Shown one piece after another: positions 40,901 through 52,000 of a DNA stretch of 64,000 bases. The stretch lies in the IMG/VR virus record IMGVR_UViG_3300023198_000928. One strand, 5' to 3'. How positions within the stretch are numbered: position 1 is the stretch's first letter; each line of letters starts with the position of its first letter. The stretch is from an uncultured virus (IMG/VR IMGVR_UViG_3300023198_000928). Its lineage: Duplodnaviria > Heunggongvirae > Uroviricota > Caudoviricetes. Below the pieces are notes generated by a model, which saw only the letters and a list, made by a program, of their open reading frames with translations, searched no databases and had not been told where the DNA came from. A program made the position numbers and the translations under genes.

Positions 40901-43900
40901 TTCCTTTTTTAGCATAAAACTCTACTAATAAAGCTGTTACTGCTTCATCATGTAAAAAATCAATTATTGTATCAGGAGAATATCCTAATAACATTAAGGT
41001 ACTTATAACTGGATTAGTGATATTATTTGCTCTAATCTTACCTAATATAAGTTCTTTTGCATTATCCGTAGCCGCAGTTAAAAATTGTGACTGCATATCA
41101 TTACTCAATTGTTTAGTTAAGATATTGACATAAGCTTTTTCAACCTTAGCAGGATATGCTTTTAAATGTTTTGTAAAGGCCTTTAGCGGATTCTTTGAAT
41201 TACGAACTCCTTTAGTAAGTTCTATACCTAATAAGCTTTCAACTTTATCAGCAAACATTATTCTAACATCTTCAGTATATTCAAGCACTCCGTCTTCTGA
41301 CATGTTCTCAAGAGTAGATTTAAGCTCTCCCTCAACTAATTTTACTAATGTAGAAACTGCGTCTTTATCAAATTTCTTCCCTCCCTCTAATAGTTGTTTA
41401 AGAGGTCCTTGAACATCTTTAGAAGATTCTACCGCATCAAATATTTTAAATCTATCTATATCTGCAAAACCTGTTCTTGTTTTTTCTACAGTTTTAAAAT
41501 CAAATCCATCTTTAGTCTTTATTCTTTTATTAAACACTAAATCATTTTTAAAATAGAATGGATGTAGATCTCCCTCTTGAAAAACATCTTTATAATAATT
41601 GTCATAATTAATCTTAGAAGACTGAATACCGGAATTTATCTTCAATACATTTGCATACATTCCAATTCCTTCCTTACCTTGAGCATTCAATTCCTCATAA
41701 TAAAGATTTGGCATATAATTCTCTCCAGACATTGTAATATTAGCATCAGAAAAATCAGGGGTAGCTTCTTCTTCTCTAATTTTTTCAAGTATTGGTCCAA
41801 ATAAACTTAAAGATACCGGAGTATTAATCTCCATTGCAGCATTTACGTTTGAAAGAGATTCAAATATTGATCCGCTAATTACGTTAGATATTATATTCTC
41901 ATATCTAGCATGGATTTTTCTCTTATATCCACTAATTATTTTAGCCACCTCTTCACGAGATATTCTTGTATTTTTAGCTCTATTTAATTTTAATCTTAAA
42001 TCATCTATTTTTTTAGTATTACCTTCTTTAATAGCTTCTGCTAAATCCGCTTCTCTTCTTTCTATAAATAAATTAGAAGTTCTTCTATATTCTGAAACAG
42101 AGGTAATAACATGGGTCTCAGTACTTTTAATCTCTTCTTTGTAATCCTCAAATAGAGCATCATAATCAAATCCTTTTCCACCTTCGAAATACTTCTCAAC
42201 TTTATATATTTTACCATATTTATCTATAGTTTGAGTAAGTACACTTAATGTATCGATATCTAAATCTCCTCCCGTATTAACTAAATGTTCTGTAGGAGCA
42301 AACGTAGCATTTCCTTGTGAATCCATAAATTCAACAACCTGTCCTGTAAATCCTGATTGTTTAGATTGTCCTGGTATACGTGTCATTACTACTCGTAAGG
42401 ATGTAATAAAATTTTCAGCAAGAATATTCATATGCTCTACTCTAGCTGATTTAAGCTTAGCAGTTACCCACGCTAGGCCAGCTTCACTAATAGTATCTCC
42501 TTTCTCAGTTCTACTTAAATGATCATAAATTTCTTTAGCATAAGGCTGATTTTCTCTAGCTATATTACGAGCATAAATTCTTAATACTTGTTCAGTGTAA
42601 TGAGTAGTGCCCGGTAACATCGGAGCATATGTTTTTCCTGTATAATAATTATCTTTAAACCACTCTCTTGTAGCAATAGATACATCATTAGAATTACCAT
42701 AATAAATAATCTCATATAAACTAGTACCTTTTTCTATTCCGAAAGCAGAGGCATTAAATGTAGGTGTAACTACTTCAGGATGAGTCATCTCCCATTTAGA
42801 AGTATCATCATCATTTTTCATTTGGGTCTCTATCAATAATAAAGCTTTTGCCTTATCAACTTGATCTTTAGGCTGTTTCGTTAGAATAGATCTGTAGTAA
42901 TTTCTATACGCATCAGTATCCTTTAAATTTTCAATTGTACCATCTCCAGCATCTCTATAAACATCATACCATCTTAGACTATAGTTTTCAGTAAGATCCT
43001 TAGCTATAGTTCCATTTTTAATCAAATCTTCTAGGACTATTTTATTATCAGCGATCATCTCTTCTAGATACCACTTAAATACAACTTGAGGAGATTTATT
43101 ATGAGTTAAAACTACAAGATCATTATCCTTTATGCTATCATAATTGTCATCAGTAATTGAAGGATCAACTACTACATCAGGAGTCCTAACTACTCTAATG
43201 GTATTTTCTTTATTAGATAATAACCTAAAGATGTTCTCTCTAGTACCAGCTTTAACTATTTTACCATTTAACTCTATTGAATCATATGGAATCATTCCTT
43301 TTATAACACTGTCTATTTGATTATCATCTTTTATATCACTTAATGTCACTACATCCCCTTCAAAATATTTTAATTGTTCTGCATTAAGTTTTAAAGCTCC
43401 ATCTATAAAACCAGCTCTACCAACTCTACGAGGGCTTCCATCAAGATTATTAGGTAAAGAGTATATATTTACCGTTTTATGAGTTGCTGATACTACTCCT
43501 ATAAATCCTGACATTTTCATTTTAACAGTATCCTTAAAATAAGCTGCTCTAAGTGTAGCCATAACCTTATTCTGTACAGCCGGAGTATCTAGAGAGAACA
43601 TAGTCTCTGTTTCTCCTTGAGCATTTTTCTCACCTTCAATTATTTTCTTAATAAGTAAGGAATCAACTTTTTCATTAAATGCTAGACTAGCCATTTCAAT
43701 AATACTTTTTCTTAGTACTAATTCAAAAGCTTCTAGTTGACCTGGAACTTTCTCATATTGTTTTGTAGAGAAATCACCGATTCTAAGATTATTAATTATT
43801 TTGTTATAGATAGGGGCACCTCCGTGTTCTTCTTGTACAGACTCTCCAACATCTGCCATATCATTACCTAGTTTATACCTGTTCAATTCCATCTTACCTG

Positions 43901-46900
43901 CCATAGCATTCTGTAAGGATTGTGAAGTAACATTACTTAATCCTCCAAAAGAGGTAGCATTTACTAATTGAGATAATAATGATATCGTAGCTCCTCTATG
44001 AAGATTACCTGAAACATCAGAATCATGAGCTTTTGTTAATACCTCAAATGTAAATTCATTACCTGTATAATCAATTACTGGCTCAATAGTATTTTCAGAA
44101 GTAGAGAATACCTCATTATATTTATTAAACTTTTTATGACCTGTTTTTTGATTAGATGGTACGTTAATATACCCTACAAAATCAAATGCATTTTCAGGAT
44201 GCTCTCTCATAATTTCTACTATAGTATCCCATACTGCGTCTGCTGCTGCATCTGCTTTTCCAGGAGATAGATTAGGATCGTGAGAAAACCCTCCCAATTG
44301 TTCAAATAACTCATGCATATTTTTTGCAGTAATACTTCTAGTCAAATTAATTGCTGAATCGTAATATGACATATTAGGATTTTTAAATTGAATAGCTGTA
44401 TTCATCTTTTTAAATACGTTATATAATTCAATACTACCAAGTTTTCTCATCTGCTCTGTAGTGAATGCATTTTGAACTGATTTTTTCTGAAGTACTTGTC
44501 TGAATTTATTATATTCAAATGTAGTAGTCACAGTTTTTAAAGCTTCTTGATTATCTGTATTAAAAGCACCAATTTTATTTCCTCTACCATGCTGCATCAT
44601 TCTACTTAGCAATGGATGCATGAACTGTATAGCATCAGAATTATCTTGATTCTTATTCATCTCACTTAGGATGTTTACATAAGAAGAAGGATCTGTTACT
44701 GTTATACTAGGTATAAAATCAGGCATAGTCACTAACTTAGAATTTTTAAGTGCTTTATAATGTCTTTCAATCTTCTTTACAGTTAATCTATTATCATATA
44801 CATCATGTTCTATATGAGATGAAGTTACTTCAACTGGTATCGAATCCGAAGAATTCTTAATCATTTTAAGATTTGATATATCAATAATATCGGGCATTAT
44901 CTCATTTATAGCTTTAAATGCTGCACGTTTCTCAGGGTCGGTTGTACTATTAATCAAATTATTTAACCCTTCCGTAGAATTATAAAATATTACATCATCA
45001 CCAAAATTAATCTTCATTAAGATCCCTTTATTTGGTAAATCCTTTTTTACTGAACCATTAGTAAATTCAGCCAATACTCCTATACCGTGAAGTTCATCAA
45101 GAGTTTTGTTTTTAAGTGCTTTAAAATCATACTTAGGTCCAGAAGAAGTAATAAATCTATCAGCATGCTGTAAAATATTATCTTTATGAGAATCTCTTTT
45201 CATTCCTACTAAGGTTGTTTTCTGCATATAAGAAGTACCCCTAGTAAGCTCTGATTGTGCACGTTTAAATTGATACTGTAGCATTATATGAACTTCTTCA
45301 AATACACTTCTAACCCCAGAATCTACTAAAGAATAATATTGATCCTTAGTATACGCATTAGTCCCATTCTTAGCTCCTTCTTTAGTATCGTAGAAAGTTC
45401 CAAAATATGACTCATCACCTAAGGTAAGTACCTTAAGAGCATTTCCGTAAATACCATTGATTAAAAAGAATCTATCATAAAATTCATCAGTATCTTGAAT
45501 AATATTATCTCCAGAATTACTGTTTGCTTGTTTTAAATGAGTTTTAATATTTCTAGAATCAACCTCTAACCCTTTAGTTATATTTGTTCTATTTTCAACT
45601 AGATAATCTTCTACTATTTTTTTTGCAGTATCTTTATTACTAAAAGCTTCAGCTCTAATTCCTACGTGAGGTTTTAGATATAAAGTATCAGGCTCATTTT
45701 TAAATGTTATATAATCAGCATGTTTATCCATATCAGCATCAGAATACTGAAGTGTATCAGGATCAATTTTAATTCTTCCTAATAGCTTATTCACATCTCT
45801 GGTCATATCTCCCCCTTTTTCAATATTTGCAGGAGTTAATAACCAAGTTCTAAGCTCATTCAATGCTTTAATTCTTTTCTTATCTCCTTCAAGAGTTCCT
45901 TCGATTCTTCTAAAATCACCTACAACAACTTCTCTTAAAGATTGAAAAGTTACTCTCTGTAATTCATTGTATTTATTTTTTTGATATGATATATAAGCCT
46001 CTATAAGTTTATCCTTAACCCCTTCATTAGTGCTCAATAAATTTTCTTCAACAAAAACCTCATGTAAAGTTGCATTAGATTTATCTGAATAATTAGTAGG
46101 CTGTACAAAAAACTCTCTACCGATTTGTTTAGGACCTTGAATAAAACCTGCCAACATTGCATGCTCTACCCTTATTTTTAAATCCCAATCACTCATTCCA
46201 ATTGACTCTCCTTCTTTAATAGTAGGAGTTTTCAACAAAGTATCCCCTAATTTAGCTCTTGGAATAGCAGAATGTTTACTATAATATACTTTATTACCTT
46301 CTTCGTCTATTATACCTTGATCTATTGGAGTATCTTCTAAAAATGGGTTATATGATAAATCAGTACCTCTATTTACATTCTTAGTATAATGATTAGTGTA
46401 TTTAATTTGAGTACGGAGATGGGTATCCCTATTAGGAGTAGTCGTAGATGGATAACTTTTCCCTGCAATACGAATATTTTTATTACTATCCACTCCAAAA
46501 ATTGTTGAGATAATCCCTTGATTTCTTCCTATCAATTCTTCACTTGGAGCAATGATAGCAAAATCCTGTTGGTCAAATGCATCAGCCTCTGTCTTAGGGT
46601 CTAATTTATATCTTTGTTTTTTCTCCTTTTTATTTGCTGCAGCGATAAGTACTAGTCCTTTCATAGTATCTACTATTGCTTGCTCAGCTTCTTTAGCCTC
46701 ATATGCTTCAGTAAATGCATTAACTATATCGTCGAATGTTTCCTCTAGTCCCAGTGCTTTAGCTAATTCTCCTACTCCAGGAGTACCGTCTCTACCGTCT
46801 AAAGTTTTAAAATCATTAATATTGGTTAAAATTCCAGATGTTAATGGTATTCTTATAGAAGTTTTTGTTGAAGTAATCAATTTCGCTAAATGTTTTTTAG

Positions 46901-49001
46901 TATATCCATCATCCACTAATAAACCAGCAAATCCTTCATTAACAATAATACTATCTGTTCCTTCAGATAATTTTTTTGTAGTGGTAATTCGACCCTCAGC
47001 CTGTCTAATATATCTGACATTATCTTTATTAGTTAACGCTGTAGTAAGGCTAGTAATAACATCTACATTAAAATTACCTCCACTAACCTCTTTTCCTTTA
47101 TTACCCGCAGTATAGATTGATCTTACACCTTTTTCATCTTTATCATTAAACACATAATAATATAATGATCTAGCAATCCTAGCTTTATCTGTTTTATCAT
47201 TATTCTCTCCACCCATCTTTCGTAAAGTCTCTCTAAAAGATTCCTCAGTTTTTCCAGCATCAATTAATCTAGGAGCTATAACTAAATAATCAGATATAGT
47301 AAGTCTACGCCCTAATACTATTTCATCGCCTTCTATATCTACCGACCTTAACATCGGAAATATACTATTTACAAATTGAGAAGATGATTCGATAGGACTT
47401 ATAAAACTATCAATAGATGAAACATTCCTTTTATTAGAGGTATTATATTCATAGCGGGACAATGGAGTAAGTTCTTTACTATTCCCTCGATTATCTCTAT
47501 AATGTAGAATTCCATCTGCTTCAGTTCTATAGAATTTATTTGGTAATAGTTCTATATCATTAGGAGCTAACTCTTCTTTTATGTCGTTATATAAAGGAGC
47601 TACCTCTACTTCAAGAAAAGTGCTTATTCTTTCTTCCGGTGTTATTTTATTTAAAATATCTTCAAATAATTTTGCAGTAGGTTCATGACTGGAAATAGTA
47701 TAAAGAAGGTCCTTAAAGGAATTTTCAATACTAGTATTCTTAGTAACCGCTGTATGAGTATTTTTACGGTACCTAACTAGATCTCCTGATTGCATCTTAG
47801 TTAATTTACCAGAATCTATAGCATATGTCGCAAAAGCTGTTTTAAATGCTGTATCAAACTCTGAAGCAAAGATTCTAGTAAATTGTGCAGTACTCATAGG
47901 TACAGTATGAATTACTTTGTCAATATTTTCATTAAGCTCATATATAATATCTATATCTCCTCCCATTGGAGGTACCTTAGTCATTAAATTATCAACTATT
48001 CTTTTTCCTACAGTTAAATCAGGAAGAGATTCTCCAGAAATTTCATCTATAAATCCTCTAACTACATTATTATGCTGCTTAGTAAGATCGTCTGAAATTG
48101 CAATAGTACCAGCAATACTAGTTATTATAAAATCAAACTCAGCTGAAAATACCTCTTCAAAATATAGTTCTTGAAAATTATTTTTATTAATAGTTAAGTT
48201 ATGTTCAAAATCTCCATCTGGGTATTTATTATTTCTAGCTATACTTCTAGCTCTGTCTGAGATTGATTTTTTCAGAGCTGCTAATTCATTATGTACATCA
48301 GTTCTGAACCCTTTTCCAGATCCTGCTTTACTATCTAATAATACTGCATTAATCTCATTAGTAACCTTCTCAGTAAATTTCTTACTTATTCCACTCATAT
48401 TAGGAAAATAAGTCTTTAGAAATCCTCCCCACATATCAGGAGAACTAGGATCTATATCTTTAGTTAAAGCTATTCTATCACTTCTCTTATGAAGCATTTC
48501 ACCAGCTTTAGACATATCATATGTAGAAAACTCAATTATTCTTGCCTTAGTTCCAATTTCAGATTTTGAAGTTTTACTTACTCTTCGTTTAATATTATAA
48601 TTACTAGCAATTCCTACAGTACCTAAACTAGTGTTATTTTCTCTAATAGTAGTCACCATTTTACTAGTTGACTCAAACCCAGGAATTTTTCTAAGGCTAT
48701 TTAAGCTATTGATACTAAGATGCTCAGGTAAGTTATTATCAGGAGAAAGCATTATTCCCTTTATTTCAGAAAGAGTATTAGCTTTTGTTAATAATAATTT
48801 AGCCTTTGGGGTAGCTGATAAGTAAGCTTCAATATAAGCTGTAACAAAACTTTCACTAAATTTCTGTCCTCTTATACCCTTTAATAAAATATTTCCATAT
48901 TGAATTAATCTAGCATCAGGAGTTGTGTTATTAGCTCGTGCTATTCTTGAAGTGAACTGTTTTACCTGTTCAAACGATTTTATACTACAGCCGTCTTTCA
49001 T
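37953..49001 (-). CDS. giant single-chain two-barrel (crAss-type) virion RNA polymerase
   Basis: TRIPGQSKQS followed by catalytic GGDLDID (DLDID at 42252-42266); GKEGIGMYAN; SQFLTAATDNAKELIL. Confidence 0.88.
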   Translation of the reverse strand: MKDGCSIKSFEQVKQFTSRIARANNTTPDARLIQYGNILLKGIRGQKFSESFVTAYIEAYLSATPKAKLLLTKANTLSEIKGIMLSPDNNLPEHLSINSLNSLRKIPGFESTSKMVTTIRENNTSLGTVGIASNYNIKRRVSKTSKSEIGTKARIIEFSTYDMSKAGEMLHKRSDRIALTKDIDPSSPDMWGGFLKTYFPNMSGISKKFTEKVTNEINAVLLDSKAGSGKGFRTDVHNELAALKKSISDRARSIARNNKYPDGDFEHNLTINKNNFQELYFEEVFSAEFDFIITSIAGTIAISDDLTKQHNNVVRGFIDEISGESLPDLTVGKRIVDNLMTKVPPMGGDIDIIYELNENIDKVIHTVPMSTAQFTRIFASEFDTAFKTAFATYAIDSGKLTKMQSGDLVRYRKNTHTAVTKNTSIENSFKDLLYTISSHEPTAKLFEDILNKITPEERISTFLEVEVAPLYNDIKEELAPNDIELLPNKFYRTEADGILHYRDNRGNSKELTPLSRYEYNTSNKRNVSSIDSFISPIESSSQFVNSIFPMLRSVDIEGDEIVLGRRLTISDYLVIAPRLIDAGKTEESFRETLRKMGGENNDKTDKARIARSLYYYVFNDKDEKGVRSIYTAGNKGKEVSGGNFNVDVITSLTTALTNKDNVRYIRQAEGRITTTKKLSEGTDSIIVNEGFAGLLVDDGYTKKHLAKLITSTKTSIRIPLTSGILTNINDFKTLDGRDGTPGVGELAKALGLEETFDDIVNAFTEAYEAKEAEQAIVDTMKGLVLIAAANKKEKKQRYKLDPKTEADAFDQQDFAIIAPSEELIGRNQGIISTIFGVDSNKNIRIAGKSYPSTTTPNRDTHLRTQIKYTNHYTKNVNRGTDLSYNPFLEDTPIDQGIIDEEGNKVYYSKHSAIPRAKLGDTLLKTPTIKEGESIGMSDWDLKIRVEHAMLAGFIQGPKQIGREFFVQPTNYSDKSNATLHEVFVEENLLSTNEGVKDKLIEAYISYQKNKYNELQRVTFQSLREVVVGDFRRIEGTLEGDKKRIKALNELRTWLLTPANIEKGGDMTRDVNKLLGRIKIDPDTLQYSDADMDKHADYITFKNEPDTLYLKPHVGIRAEAFSNKDTAKKIVEDYLVENRTNITKGLEVDSRNIKTHLKQANSNSGDNIIQDTDEFYDRFFLINGIYGNALKVLTLGDESYFGTFYDTKEGAKNGTNAYTKDQYYSLVDSGVRSVFEEVHIMLQYQFKRAQSELTRGTSYMQKTTLVGMKRDSHKDNILQHADRFITSSGPKYDFKALKNKTLDELHGIGVLAEFTNGSVKKDLPNKGILMKINFGDDVIFYNSTEGLNNLINSTTDPEKRAAFKAINEIMPDIIDISNLKMIKNSSDSIPVEVTSSHIEHDVYDNRLTVKKIERHYKALKNSKLVTMPDFIPSITVTDPSSYVNILSEMNKNQDNSDAIQFMHPLLSRMMQHGRGNKIGAFNTDNQEALKTVTTTFEYNKFRQVLQKKSVQNAFTTEQMRKLGSIELYNVFKKMNTAIQFKNPNMSYYDSAINLTRSITAKNMHELFEQLGGFSHDPNLSPGKADAAADAVWDTIVEIMREHPENAFDFVGYINVPSNQKTGHKKFNKYNEVFSTSENTIEPVIDYTGNEFTFEVLTKAHDSDVSGNLHRGATISLLSQLVNATSFGGLSNVTSQSLQNAMAGKMELNRYKLGNDMADVGESVQEEHGGAPIYNKIINNLRIGDFSTKQYEKVPGQLEAFELVLRKSIIEMASLAFNEKVDSLLIKKIIEGEKNAQGETETMFSLDTPAVQNKVMATLRAAYFKDTVKMKMSGFIGVVSATHKTVNIYSLPNNLDGSPRRVGRAGFIDGALKLNAEQLKYFEGDVVTLSDIKDDNQIDSVIKGMIPYDSIELNGKIVKAGTRENIFRLLSNKENTIRVVRTPDVVVDPSITDDNYDSIKDNDLVVLTHNKSPQVVFKWYLEEMIADNKIVLEDLIKNGTIAKDLTENYSLRWYDVYRDAGDGTIENLKDTDAYRNYYRSILTKQPKDQVDKAKALLLIETQMKNDDDTSKWEMTHPEVVTPTFNASAFGIEKGTSLYEIIYYGNSNDVSIATREWFKDNYYTGKTYAPMLPGTTHYTEQVLRIYARNIARENQPYAKEIYDHLSRTEKGDTISEAGLAWVTAKLKSARVEHMNILAENFITSLRVVMTRIPGQSKQSGFTGQVVEFMDSQGNATFAPTEHLVNTGGDLDIDTLSVLTQTIDKYGKIYKVEKYFEGGKGFDYDALFEDYKEEIKSTETHVITSVSEYRRTSNLFIERREADLAEAIKEGNTKKIDDLRLKLNRAKNTRISREEVAKIISGYKRKIHARYENIISNVISGSIFESLSNVNAAMEINTPVSLSLFGPILEKIREEEATPDFSDANITMSGENYMPNLYYEELNAQGKEGIGMYANVLKINSGIQSSKINYDNYYKDVFQEGDLHPFYFKNDLVFNKRIKTKDGFDFKTVEKTRTGFADIDRFKIFDAVESSKDVQGPLKQLLEGGKKFDKDAVSTLVKLVEGELKSTLENMSEDGVLEYTEDVRIMFADKVESLLGIELTKGVRNSKNPLKAFTKHLKAYPAKVEKAYVNILTKQLSNDMQSQFLTAATDNAKELILGKIRANNITNPVISTLMLLGYSPDTIIDFLHDEAVTALLVEFYAKKGRLETTYLTTSSIKKLKIKYPADSNQDAITSLKKILDISDSINKFRALRSLNENSEIESFKLDKILGNLDADALYQAIILDDAKGKGVNPNILLRLAEKEKAQKPKSKEAGFRERAARKVFDPDVMIFLHPQSRALFKSVYETEKYRMPHLFKTNAILKAITGKDNKTEKAYKGANSYVNRLKIEKFLQQKGQDGKTRSGTVVEQEGVNNYSYSEVNLAFPDDRAEFVKNFGPYLTQQIRLYKEFKGGSYSNAALDSMVFTRSFLSTDPILSIPKLKHANVDKIEAAVIHQGIEELKTVTPKSRLDQLRKEGKLEDVERLTKLDNLKRELYKNLSSYALIVSNGEIKKGSMIELFTEVNESLGIFLDTLSNEDYNKFIPETDVSKDIITNNVKTRATHELIGKRKRAKAGAEDHGVDIAEQYDVDDKESLQEAMNLLGERSNEDQEDLKSYSRAKLLLDKSITKPQITSTHTRGQVYKLPAKLMERELFFGTAPTLPAFRIFDAYANEALPVTTIAEIIEDDAFAYVPKNLQEDLRKMGKQVGFTADYGGEDVRILAYVGKSKISTTKDTEAFKNIRYEKYMVLYKGSLIAIPGAVLMAQNPTLFLKGHLIQNISGRNLRRHRLYNVGMLENEKVMNFLNDQFETVSMDVQVSKKISTIFDNDKKAMLEDPIISLEAPVIDGAADVIIKVKNISDKWSVDDSYKKYHDAKNIHPAQAGSRRILIPAFKVGVTKDNNPLNTTSFTDMQQQIVNIINTIDNMDDEAIFYGILNNGLSSETEQATVGGMDVFNNLLKKLGVSRKAGENKGTFFNDTFAFNITTTPGGLERIDITRNKKNVKILMNSLTKFEEAHLEVKTVNKRPQLVVKGLGKEGSSQSNILVNSKLLRKGFINQKHAVSKIKVKGRELDTIVYKVGNSGNLFKDYSMVVEFPTKTKELGYVVAKAGKLVLGDTGVQLNVSEGEYNNTLKSVVTSLKDSDWVDKVC

Positions 49002-49010
49002 CTTTATATT

Positions 49011-52000
49011 TTATAAGTAACATTTCTTTTTATTCTTTAGAGCATCCTCTAAAACAGTTTTATTTGCAAGCTCTTCAGCGGTTTCATAAGAGTATCCCAT
49101 CATTTCAATGAATCCCTCTATAAACTCATCAGATTGTACATCATGATCAGGTCCCATATCTTCTATATAAGGAGCTAATTCTAATACATAAGCTTCAGTT
49201 TGTTCTATATCTATAGGACCGTAGTTAATATACAAATTATTAACCATATTATAGTAAGCATTTTGAGATTCTAATGTAGAAGCCTCTTCATCAATACGAG
49301 GAATAGATTCTGCTGCATTTTGTCTTACAAGAGCTAATCTATTAACTATTGCTTTTTTATAATTATTCATATAATCTACAAAAGGCTGTCTATCAGTATC
49401 TTTTTCAGCTATTACAGCTTCGATAGCTTCTGTTATTTCTTTTAATTCATTAGGTAATTCCTCTGTAACAAGAAGGTACAATCTCTGTGGAGAATATTCA
49501 CCATTTGCATAATTAGTAAATGTCTCCATAACTGGAACTGAATATTTATCCGTTGATTTTTCAGCTTCAGATTTAGCTTTATCGAAATAATTAGGATTCG
49601 ATTTAATATCTTCTAGTATAGAATCAGCAGTATGATATCCATATGAAGTTACTACCAATGTTGGCGTCTTCATATCAGTTGCTGTAGTCTTCAATATATT
49701 AGGATACTTTTTAATAAATATATCATGAATTTTTCCTGCATTTAAAGTATTAGAATCATTCATCATAATGCTCGGCTTAACTTTAAAGTTAGCAACTTCT
49801 GCAGCTTCTTGAAAGTTCTTCAAAAATCCTGGAGTACCTTTTTCCAACATATCATTAATATTAATTACATATACCTCATATCCTTTAGGCCTATGAAAGA
49901 ACATTGAAGAAGGATATTGATTATTCTCTGAAAGTTTATTTTGAACCTCATCTCCGAAAGCATATGAAAAATCTTCTATTAATTTAGAAACTGTACCATT
50001 CTTTAATCGAGTAAGTACATCTTCTACATTTTTTCTCATTTCAGCATTATCCCCTATATAATTATTCGCATCAGTTACTAATCTATCTCCAAATGCAGCT
50101 AAATTAGGTCCTATATCAATAGTTCTTTTTTGTGTTTTTGCAGTGAAAGTCTTTTTGCCCTCTACTTGTAGGAAAGCCCCAAATTTAAGCTGTAATGCTA
50201 GTGAAAACCAAGATGGGAATTCTCCAAATTTAACTGCAGGATTTTCATCTTTAATTTTCTTAAGTGTCAAGAATTCTGGAATTAGATGTACTCCTACAAT
50301 TCCAAGAGCGGAATCTATAGTACCTGAATCATCGACTATATCTCTACCGGCATTTAAATCTTCACCACTTTTTATTTTCTTAGTTATTTCACTATTACTC
50401 ATATTCTTACTACTATCTTGAGAATAAAATGTAAATAACTCTCCACTTACAGTATTTCCAGCTCTTCTAGAAACTAATCCACTTTCTCTTTTAGTACTTG
50501 CAAATATTGTAGGGACTAATTTAATTCCTTTTGACATTAACTGATCAACAGTAAGTCCAGTATCTTTACTATAACCACTTTCACCACTTCTAGCTATAAG
50601 GTGCTTTTTAAAGTCTTCTCCAAGAGAGATATCTAGCACACTATACTTATTCGCCTTATTAGTATTTCTAGGATCTCTGGCTAAATCTCCTCCTTTTTTA
50701 ATAAATTTTTTCACCTCTGCAGTAGCTTTTTTACTAACTATTTGAGGACCAATTATAGTATCTCCTCTAGCATTAGTAAATGTAAGTACAGCAATAGTGA
50801 ATGGAGCTTTTTTAGTTTTTACGGATAAAAATCTTACCCCGACTTCATCTACCTTAAATTTATTACCCTCAGAAAAATTAAATAATTTCAAAGCTTCCTC
50901 AGTTTCTACTAATGGATAAGGTTCTCCTCCTTCAAAATTTGCAGTAAGTGCTTGCTTAGCATTGGCAAATAAGTTTTCATTGGTTCCTGTAATCATATGA
51001 GTACCACCAGTCTCGTTATTTCTTCTTTTAATAAAATCTTCTATTGTTCCCTTTATTTGTCCATCAATAGTATTCCCAATATTTTTAAATCCTCTAACTC
51101 CTACTTTATTAGGATTTTGTACATTTCCGTTATTATCAGCTTTATAGAAAACTTTATTGAATAACTCTTTAAGCTCTAAGATATCTCCCCACTCTTCTCC
51201 AAATAAAGCACCACCATTCTCAGAACTATTAATTTTAGCAATAAGTTCCTTGTCTAACGATACTATAGCTGCTCTAATTTTAGTTTCACTTGAAGAATCT
51301 ACTTTAGAGCCCATATATCCTTCTACACCTAATTTTACCAATAATTGATTTAATCTTGCATTTGGTTCAGTTTCTATATTATCATCATGATCATCATCTC
51401 GTGTTCTATTCTTAGCCTCTCGCAATAAAGCAGCCGTACGAGCCTTATTAGTAATTCTTTTAAGTTCTTTTATTGCAGACTCAGCTGTATACTTATCAAA
51501 TATAGGTGCCAATATATCTTTAAACCCATCTACGGTACCTTGATCAGCTTTATTAAGATTATTAATAATAGTAGTTAACTCAGATGAATCAAAATCTTTT
51601 ATCCTTGTTTCATAAACTCCAAATAATGGATCAGTATCTCCCTTATTAAACTCAGCACGTTGAGTTAATTTAGTATTTTTAATATATGCTTGTAGTCCTA
51701 TTACAGAATTGAATGCATTAGTAATAGCATCCTTTTCACCTTTATCTAAATTATTTATAATATCGTAATCAACATATGTAGAATCTCCTTCTCCTTCTTC
51801 AGCTTCTTCTCTAGTCTCTTCAGTTTCTTCATCCTCTTCTATAGATTCTTCAGCCCTTTTTTGTTCGGCTAATTTTATGCTATCAAGTATTAGTCTTTCT
51901 TTTAACGCTAATTCACCAGGAGTATCAATATCAGGCCCTGATTTCTTAAACATATCTAGTAACAGATTGTCGTACACATTAGCATTCTTTCCTGTAAGTG

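Noticed and set aside
37900..49050. Split-intein trans-splicing as the explanation for the terminal cysteines
   Set aside because: No HINT-like blocks or His-Asn/Cys junctions near the termini, and the Cys positions do not fit intein chemistry.
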